A stretch of DNA of 64,000 nucleotides from Leptolyngbyaceae cyanobacterium (GCA_965263355.1 CBDHHL010000056.1:1312001-1376000), one strand, 5' to 3'; numbered from the stretch's first letter, positions 9,876-20,970 are shown. Program-made: numbers and translations. Notes: a model not told the origin generated them from the letters alone.

Positions 9876-11123
9876 CTATAGTTCTAATTTATTCTTTGTA
9901 GCCTCCGATAACTCTTGATATAGCTGACTTAACTCTTGTCCTTTGGCATACCAACTGTACTGCTCTTTTATCAGTCTCTTCCCTGCTTCACCCATGTTTT
10001 TTCGCAAGTTAGAGTCTTTGGCCAAGCGAGCCATAGCATCACTTAAATCTTTGATCACTTGCTCTGGCGCATGGGCAACAATCCTAAATCCAGTTTCATC
10101 AGTAACCTGTGCGGCAGGACCTCCAAGGTCTAAACACAAAATCGGTCGTCCCGCTGCCATGCCTTCCAAACAAACCCAGCCACCAGAGTCATGTAGGCTA
10201 GGATGTACTAGCACATGGCTTTGGGCAAGTTTTTCTAATGTTTGCTCACGAGGCAGTCGTCCCCAAAATTTAACTTTGTTGGCAACGCCTAACTCTTTGG
10301 CCAATGCCTCAAAGTTTTCCATTTCAGGGCCGTCACCTAAAATCCAATATTCGGCATTAAGTAAGTTAGCCTTAGCAAAGGCCTTAATCCCTAAGTAAAA
10401 TCCTTTCCAATGCAGCAGACGTCCCATGCTGATAAAGCGCAAAGGGCCATCCTCTGGCAATGGACAGTGGTTTAGTTTTTCTATTTCTTCTAGGGCTAGG
10501 CCAGACTCTGATGCTATTTGTACCTGAGTAGCTCCCATTTTACTAAGTTGCTTTGCTGTATCTTGAGTAGTTGCACGTACCACAGCACTACGCTGTGCTG
10601 TTAACCGAGTAAAGGGATCAATTTCACCGACTTTATGAGCTAGCCAGCGCAGTTTTTCATACCGCTTTGCCTTGGTACTAAAGTCTTTGAAAAAGGGTTT
10701 AGGTGCTTGTTCACCACCGCCTACAGGTCCCCATACAAAAGGAATGGGCAATAGAGAGAGCCAGCTGGGTGTTGAATAACGGACAAAGGTAACATGGTGA
10801 GCCACGTCAAAGTTAATCTCTTTATGTAAGCGACGAGCCACAAAATAGGCCTGAATTTGCCAAAGATAATAGTGAATTTGCATTGCACCAGATTGCCCCA
10901 GACGCATGCTATCTTGCCAGAAAGGTAGAGTAAAATAGACAAATTTCAGATTTGGAGTTGGATTGCGAGCAAGTTCTGCTTCGATGGCGTCTTTACTTTC
11001 ATCGGGACGAGTCAAAGCCCAAACCTGATGATGTCTAGCCACTTCACGAACAATGTTCCAGCCAACACCTGGTTCGGATCCTTTGCCAGGTTCACATGAA
11101 TACGCTGATATAAGAACTTTCAT
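9876..11123 (-). CDS. Glycosyltransferase family 4
   Basis: MKVLISAYSCEPGKGSEPGVGW, GRLLHWKG, SLHDSGGWVCLEGMAAGRP. Confidence 0.9.
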   Translation of the reverse strand: MKVLISAYSCEPGKGSEPGVGWNIVREVARHHQVWALTRPDESKDAIEAELARNPTPNLKFVYFTLPFWQDSMRLGQSGAMQIHYYLWQIQAYFVARRLHKEINFDVAHHVTFVRYSTPSWLSLLPIPFVWGPVGGGEQAPKPFFKDFSTKAKRYEKLRWLAHKVGEIDPFTRLTAQRSAVVRATTQDTAKQLSKMGATQVQIASESGLALEEIEKLNHCPLPEDGPLRFISMGRLLHWKGFYLGIKAFAKANLLNAEYWILGDGPEMENFEALAKELGVANKVKFWGRLPREQTLEKLAQSHVLVHPSLHDSGGWVCLEGMAAGRPILCLDLGGPAAQVTDETGFRIVAHAPEQVIKDLSDAMARLAKDSNLRKNMGEAGKRLIKEQYSWYAKGQELSQLYQELSEATKNKLEL

Positions 11124-11207
11124 GAGTACTGCTTCCAAAATATTCAGCTATAGAGATAGCCACTTAGATTGATACTGCTGACTACAAATTTATAGAACAA
11201 GAGGAGA

Positions 11208-12077
11208 TCAGAGACTTATTTGAGACTGGCAAATAGTCCAAAAAGATGTGCCATGTGGAACCGCAACACAATTCCATGACCTTTCAACTTCTAAGTCCAA
11301 CATTCCATCACTTCGGAGTCTAAAAATCTTATATTTATCCTGACTCAGGATAGTTTGGATTACATCTAGTTTAAAGTGCTTTTTGCTTATATGATTATAC
11401 TCAAATATTATTAGTGGGCTATTTTTTCTGATAAATGTTAGTCCACCTCTAAGAACGTTCGGCTCAAACCCTTCTACATCAACAAGCATAATTGGATTTA
11501 AAACATCCTTCGGCAGCTCACTATCAAGAGTTGTTGGATAATAAACTTCTGCCTCTAAATCAGTTCTATAATCAATTACTCCAGAACCTTTTTGATTCCC
11601 CTTTTTATTATCAAAATACAAAGGAGAATTAGAATCACTGACAACAGCATCTATGACTTTAGCATCATGGAAATCGTTCAATTGCAGTGTTTTTTTAATA
11701 CTTTCAGAACATTCTTTAATCGGTTCAAAAGCATATATTTTCCTCACTTTTTTATAAGGAATCATACTTACAACCATCTCACCGATATTGGCACCCACGT
11801 CGATAAACTCACAAGATTCGGGAATATTTTCAACAACATGTTTTAGAATCTTATGCGTTTCAGGCTCTGTCCAGCAATCAGAAATGAGTTTATTATAGCA
11901 GGTAGATACTTTATGATTGAAATGCATCTTTCTGCCTTTAATGGTAAAAAAATGATCATCTCTAACTTGCTCTAATAGAAATTTATGTCCCTTTATCTGA
12001 ATTCCAAATATCTCTTTTAAAGACTTAAAAAGATAGCCGTATAATCTTGCAATCAGGAAAAACATATTGACAAGCAC
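11208..12077 (-). CDS. FkbM family methyltransferase
   Basis: FIDVGANIG, YAFEP, VDVEGFEPNVLRG, IIFEY. Confidence 0.88.
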   Translation of the reverse strand: MLVNMFFLIARLYGYLFKSLKEIFGIQIKGHKFLLEQVRDDHFFTIKGRKMHFNHKVSTCYNKLISDCWTEPETHKILKHVVENIPESCEFIDVGANIGEMVVSMIPYKKVRKIYAFEPIKECSESIKKTLQLNDFHDAKVIDAVVSDSNSPLYFDNKKGNQKGSGVIDYRTDLEAEVYYPTTLDSELPKDVLNPIMLVDVEGFEPNVLRGGLTFIRKNSPLIIFEYNHISKKHFKLDVIQTILSQDKYKIFRLRSDGMLDLEVERSWNCVAVPHGTSFWTICQSQISL

Positions 12078-12138
12078 CTAAAATAGAATCAAAACTTTTA
12101 AACCGCATTAAAATCAAAATAATGAATATTTAGATTTT

Positions 12139-13194
12139 TTATTTAAATAAAAAATCTAAATATTCATTTAGAACGATGTTCTTAGAGAAGTTTTCTTCCA
12201 TTAAATTACGGCTTTCTCTCTTCATTCTTTCAATAGTTTCTCGATTTTTAATTAAATAATCGAGCTTCTGCATTAAATCCTCTGAGGATTCACAAATAAA
12301 TCCATTTATTCCATTTTTGATGATTTCAGGAGCACCTAAAGCATGCTTAGTTGTCAGGACTGCTAATCCAGCACAAGCAGCCTCTCCTAAAACTGAAGGA
12401 TAACTATCACACTTTGTTGGAAGCACAAATATATCATGGCTAGAAAAGATTTCAGAATGTTTTGCTTCGCCATACTTTACATTAGCTTCAACTTTAATTC
12501 CAGGATAATAATCAATAGGATAGTTTGTCATAAAGGTCAGTCTTAGATTAGTCTTTTTAGACTCTTTAAACCACTGAATTAACTCTGGTCCACCCTTACG
12601 ACCAAAGTCTCCACCAACAAAAAGTAGTCTGACTTCGTCATCATTTCTATTAATACTCGGTGAAAATCTTTGTAAATCTTGGTCAAAAGGAAGCTTGACA
12701 TTGACAAGTTTATGGCGAGGAACTTTATAATCAGTCTCAATCTGATTAATAACAGCATTTGTAAGACACATTACCCGTTTTTGGGTATGTAGAACTTTTT
12801 TATGGATAGCTGTTTGGAGAAAGTTAGACATGCACTGATTATGAATCGATTCATAAAGCTTACGTGTCCAATCCGTAACAATAAAACTAGTGTTTTTAGA
12901 TGTTACTGGCAGTGCAAATAATGCAGGACTAACACCATGAAATAATATTATTCGACCTTCATTCTTAGCTTGTAATACGGCTCTCTGTAATGCAAAAGAT
13001 GCTAAAAACCTTTTAAATATTCGAATTGTATAACCTAAAATTGAGGTTGGATGTTTCTTATTCTTTTCAGGATGAAATTGATAGGTCTTTAAGTCAACGT
13101 TACCGCTAAATAAACTAGTGAATTTATTTTCAAAAGTTGTATTGCCTAAATCTACAGGAAAGGTTACCAAAAATAACTTCTTAGTCATCATCAA
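12139..13194 (-). CDS. Glycosyltransferase family 4
   Basis: LLFVGGDFGRKGG, DIFVLPTKCDSYPSVLGEAACAGL. Confidence 0.85.
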   Translation of the reverse strand: MMMTKKLFLVTFPVDLGNTTFENKFTSLFSGNVDLKTYQFHPEKNKKHPTSILGYTIRIFKRFLASFALQRAVLQAKNEGRIILFHGVSPALFALPVTSKNTSFIVTDWTRKLYESIHNQCMSNFLQTAIHKKVLHTQKRVMCLTNAVINQIETDYKVPRHKLVNVKLPFDQDLQRFSPSINRNDDEVRLLFVGGDFGRKGGPELIQWFKESKKTNLRLTFMTNYPIDYYPGIKVEANVKYGEAKHSEIFSSHDIFVLPTKCDSYPSVLGEAACAGLAVLTTKHALGAPEIIKNGINGFICESSEDLMQKLDYLIKNRETIERMKRESRNLMEENFSKNIVLNEYLDFLFK

Positions 13195-13572
13195 AGCCTA
13201 GTAATAAAAAACTTGAATTAGCTATAGTGCTTAAAATCTGGGATGTATTAAAGCTAATGACTTAAAGATTTAATAAATTAGAGTGATTTAAGCTAGTTTT
13301 CTACCATCAATGAGTCTTTTTAGCAGTAGTTAAACCTAATATCGAATAGTTATTCATTGAAAAGAACATGAATATAATATATGGTGATTTTATAATAAGT
13401 TCTCTCTATTTTTTGATCTAAAATTTATCTAAAAATTGTTGTTACTATGACTTACATCAGTAATTGATAAAATCCCCTTATTTCTCAGTATATTTTGGAT
13501 GTGATTTAGTCTCTTTTAGGGATCTTTGACTTGAACTTTTTGAGAGTATCAGGTAGATGACTAATAAAAGGT

Positions 13573-14679
13573 CTAGCTTAATACATCAGTGTATATTTTT
13601 TGGACTTTTTTAGTATTTTTTTCCCAGTTAAATAGCTGAACTCTACTAAGACTTTTTTGCCTAAGATTTTGATATTCATGTCTATTATCATATAGATAAT
13701 ATGCTGCATCTGCTATTTCATTGGGCTTCTTGGGGTCTATAAGGACGCCTGAATCACCAACAACTTCAGGCATAGCTGAAACCTTAGAAGTAATTACAGG
13801 AGTTCCACAGGCCATTGCTTCTACCAGTGTTAGTCCAAACCCTTCATGTAAAGAAGGGGCAATCAATAGATCAGCAATGTTATATAGTTTCATAAGATGG
13901 GTTTGGTTTGGTTTGCCGACATATTGTATTTCTGTCTGGATATTATGCTCTCTTATTAGTTCTTTTTGACGATCACTAAAGTCACTACCTGCCTTTAAAA
14001 GCATGACAGAAAGCCCGCGTTGTTTCAGCATAGAAACTGCTTTAATCAGATTTTCAAGATTCTTACGGGGATGATTAGACCCTACATTCAAAAGACATAA
14101 GGTATTAGACGAAATATTGTAAGCGGCACGAGTTTGGGAAATTTTTTCCTGAGGCAAGGGTAAAAAACTAGATTCAACCGAATTATATACAACCGTAATT
14201 TTAGCTGGATCAATGTTAAGGAAATTCACCATGTCATTGGCTGTCGTTTGAGATACGGCGATAATATGATCGGCATATCTCATCGACTTCACTGCTCTCA
14301 TCCATAAACCGTCACTAATTAGAGGCAGCCGAATCGAGTCACTCAAGTTTTTTCTATAGAAAAGGTTGATTAAGTCATGACATGTAACGACAACCTTTCT
14401 CTTGCTCTGTTTTAGCCAACGAACGATATGTGCTTCACTGTGATCTACAACATGAAAAATATCTGCAGACTGTTGTGTAATAGCGTGAGGAAAACGCCAG
14501 AATCTTTCGTAAGATTTCTGAGTTCGTAAAATTATTGACTGACTACTACGATCAATATTTTGAGGCTTGAGTTGGATAATATCCCATTCAGGCTGAATTG
14601 TCTGAAAGCCATGGACTAAACTATCAGCATAAACATCCATGCTGAAATTTTGCATTGTTCGTACTATCCCAAGTCTCAT
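13573..14679 (-). CDS. Glycosyltransferase family 4 (MtfB-like)
   Basis: VTCHDL, VGSNHPRKNL, SLHEGFGLTLVEAMACGTPVI. Confidence 0.9.
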   Translation of the reverse strand: MRLGIVRTMQNFSMDVYADSLVHGFQTIQPEWDIIQLKPQNIDRSSQSIILRTQKSYERFWRFPHAITQQSADIFHVVDHSEAHIVRWLKQSKRKVVVTCHDLINLFYRKNLSDSIRLPLISDGLWMRAVKSMRYADHIIAVSQTTANDMVNFLNIDPAKITVVYNSVESSFLPLPQEKISQTRAAYNISSNTLCLLNVGSNHPRKNLENLIKAVSMLKQRGLSVMLLKAGSDFSDRQKELIREHNIQTEIQYVGKPNQTHLMKLYNIADLLIAPSLHEGFGLTLVEAMACGTPVITSKVSAMPEVVGDSGVLIDPKKPNEIADAAYYLYDNRHEYQNLRQKSLSRVQLFNWEKNTKKVQKIYTDVLS

Positions 14680-14771
14680 AGCTTAATTACTAGTTATGCC
14701 TATTTTTGATTGTTTGAGAAAACTTCACTTGGTGAATATCCTAGCTAGTGGGGTATATGATGAGTTACAAA

Positions 14772-15401
14772 CTAGTATTTGTCTCCCATTAATAAATAGC
14801 TACCATAAATGCCTAAAAATGGAAATCGAGTCCCAAGATAGAGAGATATTTTCCCACTTCCAAAAACTTTTATGCGAGAAAATCCAATCATTTTCAAACG
14901 AAACTTAAGTGCATCAGGAAAATGCTGTGAAACGTGCGATGCCTGAAGAACAGTCTCTTTGTTAATAGTATTCTTTATACTGTATGGATTAGGAGTTGTC
15001 AGGAGTAGACGCCCCTTAGGACGTAAAACTCGAAAAAACTCTGATAGAGTTTTTTCAACATCAGCAGGATAAAGGTGTTCAATGAACTCACCTGCAGTAA
15101 CAATATCGAATGAATTATCCTCTACGGGGATATCAGTTGATAAACCATAGATGCTCTTTTTATAAACCCCCTTAGGTAGTCTTTCTAACTTGTCTTTAGC
15201 ACAATCCAACGCAAAAATTTCTAATTTTGATTCTAGTTTTTTTAACGTTTGGCCACCTTGCCCCATATTGCAGCCCACATCGAGAACTGTACTAGTATCT
15301 TTTGAAAAATGTCGATAAAACTGTGAATATCTAGTCTGAGTAAAAGGGTCTTCCCAGCCGATGGCATCTTGCAGGTTCAACTGTTCATATTTACTAAGCA
15401 T
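14772..15401 (-). CDS. Class I SAM-dependent methyltransferase
   Basis: VLDVGCNMG, FDIVTAGEFIEHL, RVLRPKGRLLLTTPN. Confidence 0.88.
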   Translation of the reverse strand: MLSKYEQLNLQDAIGWEDPFTQTRYSQFYRHFSKDTSTVLDVGCNMGQGGQTLKKLESKLEIFALDCAKDKLERLPKGVYKKSIYGLSTDIPVEDNSFDIVTAGEFIEHLYPADVEKTLSEFFRVLRPKGRLLLTTPNPYSIKNTINKETVLQASHVSQHFPDALKFRLKMIGFSRIKVFGSGKISLYLGTRFPFLGIYGSYLLMGDKY

Positions 15402-15652
15402 AATTTTTTCCTAGGGATAAGTAATAAATTTCTCTCAAGTTGGTGGGTAAGCTATGACAATAGTTAGAGCTATTGCTTAACCTCACACGATGACCCTTGG
15501 CACAATAGATACCGATAGCTAATTTTTTCACGTTCTCACAGCTTCAATTATCTATTCGATTTTAGAAAATGTATAAGTAATCAGTATTTATTTAAGTATT
15601 AGTAGATGTTGGTTGAGCAAATTGCCAAATCCTTATATGTCTAAGCTATTGC

Positions 15653-16891
15653 CTAATTGGTAAGAAGTTGAGTGCAAGTTTGGTGGTTTTGGGTTTTCTG
15701 TTGTTTTATACGGTCGATAATTGTTAAGAAAGCATTGACTTCACAATTTAAGTCTTGATTAGCAAATACTTCTTGAGCATTTTGGCTGTAGAGTTGACGC
15801 GTTTGAGTGTTGGTTAGTGAAAGAATAGCATTGGCGAGCGCATCAGGTTTACCACATGGGTAAACAAGACCATTGTAATGATGACGCACAGTATCACTAT
15901 AACCCCAGTTACCACATCGATCGCTAATGATGGCTGCACATCCACAGGCCATAGCTTCAGAAACTACTAATGGATGTGGATCTGACCATGAGCTAGCAAC
16001 AAATACATCCAAAGCCGCATAATAGAGTGGTAGCTTACTCTGATTAATAAATCCAACATTTAAGACCTCACCATTAAGCTCGCTCAGGCGTTGGTCAATA
16101 GCTGAGTTTAACTCACCACCACCCATCATAATGCCTCGAACTCGTGGGTCTTTACGATGAGCTTGAACAATCGCATCGATAAACTCAAAGGGATTTTTAC
16201 GCTCAATATATTTTCCAACAAAACCGTACAGAATTGTGTCGTTATTCCAAGCAAGTTCTGTTCTAACTTGTTTAATTGCTTCTGGATTATTTCTCAACGT
16301 TTGTTCGTAGCGTTCTCGATCCACTGGATAGCAACCCCTAACAATTTTATCGGCAGGAACGCCATAATGCCGAAGATATATCTCATTATGATCACCACTA
16401 GAAATCCAATGATCTACCCAACTATACATAGAGGGATAAAGTAAAGTGGTAATGAGCTTTCTTAAATAGCTAAAATGTGCATCAGTAATAATAGTTGAGT
16501 CGTTTTGCATAATAATGGGGATGCCTTGTTGTTTGCAAAGCAAGACAGCTAATCGGTAAGAATAGGCATAGAAGCTACTAATAAAAACAGCATCAAAGTT
16601 TTTAGATCTAAGTTGACTAATTAAACCCGGATTAAAAAGTGATCGTTTAATTGTTGGTGCAATATTACCGTCCCAATTTTGAAGATATTTATAGTTGTAA
16701 CCACTTGTCAGATCTACGTCCCAAGCTGCAGCATTACCTAAACCTTTAGCTCCTTGGGGTTGATTTTCAGTACAAAGATAAAATGCTGAGACAGAAACTC
16801 CTGGTTGGGCATTGAGTTTACGCCAGAGGGGCGCATGATGCTGAGTGGGATGTGTAAAAACAACGCCTAGGCAAAAGTCATCAGTTAACAT
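15653..16891 (-). CDS. Glycosyltransferase family 4
   Basis: THPTQHHAPLWR, FVGKYIERKNP, SDPHPLVVSEAMACG. Confidence 0.87.
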   Translation of the reverse strand: MLTDDFCLGVVFTHPTQHHAPLWRKLNAQPGVSVSAFYLCTENQPQGAKGLGNAAAWDVDLTSGYNYKYLQNWDGNIAPTIKRSLFNPGLISQLRSKNFDAVFISSFYAYSYRLAVLLCKQQGIPIIMQNDSTIITDAHFSYLRKLITTLLYPSMYSWVDHWISSGDHNEIYLRHYGVPADKIVRGCYPVDRERYEQTLRNNPEAIKQVRTELAWNNDTILYGFVGKYIERKNPFEFIDAIVQAHRKDPRVRGIMMGGGELNSAIDQRLSELNGEVLNVGFINQSKLPLYYAALDVFVASSWSDPHPLVVSEAMACGCAAIISDRCGNWGYSDTVRHHYNGLVYPCGKPDALANAILSLTNTQTRQLYSQNAQEVFANQDLNCEVNAFLTIIDRIKQQKTQNHQTCTQLLTN

Positions 16892-16996
16892 GGATCTGAC
16901 TACCTACTACTAATGGTTTAATAAAGGAACAATAACAGTACAAGTCTTCTCAGTTAGAAAATATTTAAAAAAGTTGTTTCTCAAAAAGGAATGAGA

Positions 16997-18151
16997 TTAG
17001 GAGATTCCTTGAACAATAGTTTGAGCTACGTTTTCCCAGGTGAATTTTTTTAGAACCGTTGCTTTACCTGCCTGACCCATTTGAGATGTTTGTTCTGGGT
17101 TATTAATAGCTTCAATAATAGAGCTTGCCAAATGTTTGGGCTTCATCGGTGGCGCTAGCCATCCTGTGATACCATTTTCAACAATTCCTGAGACAGATCC
17201 GGAGTCATAAGAAATAACCGCTAAACCTGTAGCCTGGGCTTCTGCAATAGCTCGTCCAAATGACTCCGCCCTAGACGGGAGTATGGCAAGGTGTGCCCAA
17301 TCGAGTTCTTTTCTTAGCTCATCAGGCTCTAAACGCCCTAAAAAGAGCACATTTTTTTCAAGGCCATATTGATTAATGGCATGTTTGACTTTTTCAACCT
17401 CACCCCAACCTGCAATTTTTAGTTGCCAATTATGATAGCCATCTTCTGTAATGGAATCTAGGGCTTCAAGTACATCAAAGATACCTTTAATAGGAGCTAG
17501 AGAACCATAGAAAATAAAGTTTGATATTTCTGTATAAGGTAGGCGTACAGACGACTTGAGAAAAATAGAATCTATTCCTCTGTAAGTAATGTGAATACAC
17601 TGATCATCTATAGCAAATAGGTTGATAAGTTCCTGGCGTGTAAACTCAGAAGATACAAACACAGCATCCGCTGCTTTAAGCATACGCCAGCGGAAATATC
17701 GATTGCTCAGATTTGAAAGCCATCGCATCTTGCGGGTACGATTAAGCAAAACCTCATAAGATGGATGGGCTGCGATCATACCAAAAGTAATATTATGCTT
17801 GGCTAAATAACCTCTTAAAAAGGCGGCCTCATAATCCCAACATAAGACTGCATGAAGGGGAGTTTTGCTATGCAGGTTTATGATTGCTTGCCTAAATGAC
17901 ATAGCAGTAAAGAAATAATGCCCCTTTTGTTTAGATACGGGAATAACTGAAATTGAGCTATCAGCCAGAGTAAATGGCGCATCATCAGAGATATGTAACA
18001 GAGTAACTTCTATTCCTAACTTTTCTAGATGACGTGCAATTTGGAGACAGCTTCTTGCGCCGCCGCCAGGATCTCTAAAGGGAGATGCAGGATAGGTGAT
18101 AGCTATTCTGAAAGCTTTATGCATATCTAATAAAAGAGAACAAAGTCTCAC
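16997..18151 (-). CDS. Glycosyltransferase family 4
   Basis: PGGGARS, YGSLAPIKG, SRAESFGRAIAEAQATG; start uncertain. Confidence 0.87.
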   Translation of the reverse strand: MRLCSLLLDMHKAFRIAITYPASPFRDPGGGARSCLQIARHLEKLGIEVTLLHISDDAPFTLADSSISVIPVSKQKGHYFFTAMSFRQAIINLHSKTPLHAVLCWDYEAAFLRGYLAKHNITFGMIAAHPSYEVLLNRTRKMRWLSNLSNRYFRWRMLKAADAVFVSSEFTRQELINLFAIDDQCIHITYRGIDSIFLKSSVRLPYTEISNFIFYGSLAPIKGIFDVLEALDSITEDGYHNWQLKIAGWGEVEKVKHAINQYGLEKNVLFLGRLEPDELRKELDWAHLAILPSRAESFGRAIAEAQATGLAVISYDSGSVSGIVENGITGWLAPPMKPKHLASSIIEAINNPEQTSQMGQAGKATVLKKFTWENVAQTIVQGIS

Positions 18152-18224
18152 CTCAAGTTGGTAATCTCTAAGCAGAACTTTAATGCTGAATTGTGCAAAT
18201 AAGCTAAGTCACTACGACAAAAGC

Positions 18225-19100
18225 CTATTTAGATACTCTGGTGCATAAAAAGTTACCCGAAATATTTTCACCTAATTTTTTAATAGAAGTTAGCTTATAG
18301 TTGTTAAAAGGAAGATACTCGATGCGTGAAATGGCATAACCTGTTTTTGCAAGTAGTTCAAAGACCTCCTTAGAGCTACTACCTAACTTAATAAGATGAT
18401 CGTTAGTTACTTCAATCAATAAATTTTCTATTTTTCCTTCTCTCAAAGTGTTAAGCATCCCTTTGAGCACTAACATTTCTGCACCTTCTACATCGATTTT
18501 CAATAGTTTTATATGGTCAATGGTGTGATTCTCAATGTAATTATCAAAGGTTACCATTTTTACAGTTTCCTTTGACTTATCAGGATAATTCTCAGAGTTT
18601 CGGACTATGCTAGCACCACCGCCATTTTTACCATTTACCCCTGAAAGAACTATTTCACCATTAGAATCAGAAATAGCGAGATTTTCAGTTACTACATTAT
18701 TGAAGTTGTTGATTTCGACATTTCTATTCAAATGAGCAAAGATATTACTTCCTGGTTCAAAGGCTATAACTTTCCCTTCAGAGCCAACAATATTTCCTAC
18801 CAATACTGTATACCAGCCAATATTTGCCCCAATATCAACAAAAACATCTCCTGAATTTAAGATTTTTTTCAGTATCTTTGCTTCTCGAAGTTCGTAGAAT
18901 CCACGAAAGAATAAATTTCGCTGAATATATTCTTTATAGTCTTTGATTTCGAACTTCCCCTTCAAATTATCTACTGATATAGAGATGATAGTTGGTTCTT
19001 CCGGATATTTGATATTTGAATCATGCCTCTCAATCAGCTTAATAATTCTATTTGGAATTAGCTTTGAAGATGTAAATCTCCTCAGTATTGATGCTTTCAT
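18225..19100 (-). CDS. FkbM family methyltransferase
   Basis: FVDIGANIGWY, IAFEP, LLKIDVEGAEMLVLKG. Confidence 0.9.
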   Translation of the reverse strand: MKASILRRFTSSKLIPNRIIKLIERHDSNIKYPEEPTIISISVDNLKGKFEIKDYKEYIQRNLFFRGFYELREAKILKKILNSGDVFVDIGANIGWYTVLVGNIVGSEGKVIAFEPGSNIFAHLNRNVEINNFNNVVTENLAISDSNGEIVLSGVNGKNGGGASIVRNSENYPDKSKETVKMVTFDNYIENHTIDHIKLLKIDVEGAEMLVLKGMLNTLREGKIENLLIEVTNDHLIKLGSSSKEVFELLAKTGYAISRIEYLPFNNYKLTSIKKLGENISGNFLCTRVSK

Positions 19101-19258
19101 AGTTCTAGAATTCCAGCTTATCAGGACAAGGTAAAATGCTTTTAATCTAAATATTTATGGTATCAACTTTACTATTTTTACATAGTGAATAGTCCAATTT
19201 CAGGCTATTTTTTCTTGTTTAATTGATTTCTTAGAAGTCTTAGTCAAGATATTTTTTA

Positions 19259-19301
19259 CTCTAACCTATAAAAATAATAATTATATTTTTATAGGTTAGA
19301 G
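19259..19301. repeat. Perfect 18-bp inverted repeat with a 7-nt loop
   Basis: CTCTAACCTATAAAAATA (19259-19276) pairs with TATTTTTATAGGTTAGAG (19284-19301). Confidence 0.85.
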
Positions 19302-19369
19302 ACTTAGTGTTGCATGACCTTTTTATGGCTTCTCTTATTTCCCACTAAAGTTTAGATTTTGGCTCTATA

Positions 19370-19510
19370 TGGATTTCTGGGAGGTCTAAATCAAGAAACG
19401 GCTAAAACCCTTATCACGCAAGGCTTTTAGTCCAGGAAGTGTAGTGCCTCTGAAATATGGTTTGGGTAAGGCTTACAGGCCATTTAATTAGTTCACCTCC
19501 CTGAAACAGC
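19370..19510. mobile_element. Possible ~140-bp MITE-like element
   Basis: Imperfect terminal inverted repeats TGGATTTCTGGGAGGT and ACCTCCCTGAAACAGC, flanked by TA on both sides; internal hairpin GGCTAAAACCCTT...AAGGCTTTTAGTC; GC higher than the flanks. Confidence 0.4.
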
Positions 19511-19527
19511 TATTGAGCCTAGATTTT

Positions 19528-20970
19528 TTAATGATTATTCTTTGTAATAAACGAAGTAATCTCCTCGATTAGGATAGGCTCACAATAGTACAGCATAAAT
19601 AGATACAAAAAAGAGCCAACTGAATATGTAACTATTAGCAGTTGACTATTCGTTAAGTGACTTGAAAGAAGAGATCTTAAGAGCCCTAAGATAGCTATTA
19701 AGATTGATGATACGAGAAGTGGAGAAATATATTGTTTTATCATTTCTTTTCTGCTCATTCTCAAAAAAACACAACTGATATAAATACTAATTGGAGCAGT
19801 GAGCAATGCCATAGCTACAAAGCCTTGCGAAACAGCAACTATTCCTTTATTAAAGACAAGAAAGAATACAGCAATATTAGCTGCTGTTTCTATAAGTCTA
19901 ATCTTTAAGGCTAATCCTGGTTTACCAATAGCAACAATCAATGTGCTATTTAGATATGTCAATGAGTGTATAATTCCCAAAATGGCTAGCCATCGCATGA
20001 CAGATATACTATCTTGCCATTGCTCTCCAAAGAAAACATTGACGATTTCAGGTGAAGTTAAAGCAACAGAACTAAATATAGGAAAAGAAAAAAGACTAAT
20101 AATATGTATTAACTTTGAAAAGAATTTTCTTAGTTTATTTATATCATTCTGCATTCTTGAGAAGGCAGGTACAGAGACTCGTTGTATAATCCCCATTAAA
20201 GATTCAGTTAGCAGTAATAGTAATCGGTAGGCAATGCTATATGTACCAAGTGCAGTAGTCCCTAAATAATAACCAATCAAAAAGTCATCCGCTCTTCTAT
20301 AGAAGAAATTTAGGCATTGTAAACCAATAACATTAGCGCCAAAACTAAACAACTCCCTAAAATGTTTAAGTGAAATCTTTAAACCAGGTCGCCAACGTGC
20401 AATATGCCAGAGCATAAGTAATCTGACACAGCTATGGGTAATTGACTTTAAAACTAGACTCCAAACACCCAATCCCCCAATTGCAGCAGCAATTCCAACA
20501 ATACCTGAGAGAAATGTAGCAGTTAAAGAGCGAGCTGAAAGAGATTTAAAGTCTAGATTTCTGATTAAGATTGCTTCTTGAACCTTGCTAAAGCCAGCTA
20601 ATATAAACCCAACTGAAAGCCATCTAATAACTGGTTTTAACAAGGGCTCATTCATCAAGTGAGCAATACTTCCAGCGATTGATATCATACATACAGTAAT
20701 GATGCCGCTTACGCTGAGGCTCACCCAAAAAGCTGTATTCAAATGTTCTTCTTCAATCTCTTTTCGCTGAACAATTGCTTGGGAGAAACCTTGGTCAATA
20801 AATAACTGTAAAAAATCTAGAAATACGGACGATAAAGCGACAAGGCCAAAGGCTTCTGGCTCTAGTAAGCGAGCTAAAGCAAAAAACACAGCCGCTGAAA
20901 TAAGACGTTGGCCCCAGCTTTCAAGTGCAGACCATAAGACTCCATGAACAGTTTTGAGTTTTATATTCAT
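19528..20970 (-). CDS. wzx: Wzx-type polysaccharide flippase (MOP superfamily)
   Basis: GVLWSA...LARLLEPEAFGLVA, DQGFSQAIVQ, NTAFW, GVWSLV, DDFLIGYYLG...LGTYSIAY. Confidence 0.88.
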   Translation of the reverse strand: MNIKLKTVHGVLWSALESWGQRLISAAVFFALARLLEPEAFGLVALSSVFLDFLQLFIDQGFSQAIVQRKEIEEEHLNTAFWVSLSVSGIITVCMISIAGSIAHLMNEPLLKPVIRWLSVGFILAGFSKVQEAILIRNLDFKSLSARSLTATFLSGIVGIAAAIGGLGVWSLVLKSITHSCVRLLMLWHIARWRPGLKISLKHFRELFSFGANVIGLQCLNFFYRRADDFLIGYYLGTTALGTYSIAYRLLLLLTESLMGIIQRVSVPAFSRMQNDINKLRKFFSKLIHIISLFSFPIFSSVALTSPEIVNVFFGEQWQDSISVMRWLAILGIIHSLTYLNSTLIVAIGKPGLALKIRLIETAANIAVFFLVFNKGIVAVSQGFVAMALLTAPISIYISCVFLRMSRKEMIKQYISPLLVSSILIAILGLLRSLLSSHLTNSQLLIVTYSVGSFLYLFMLYYCEPILIEEITSFITKNNH

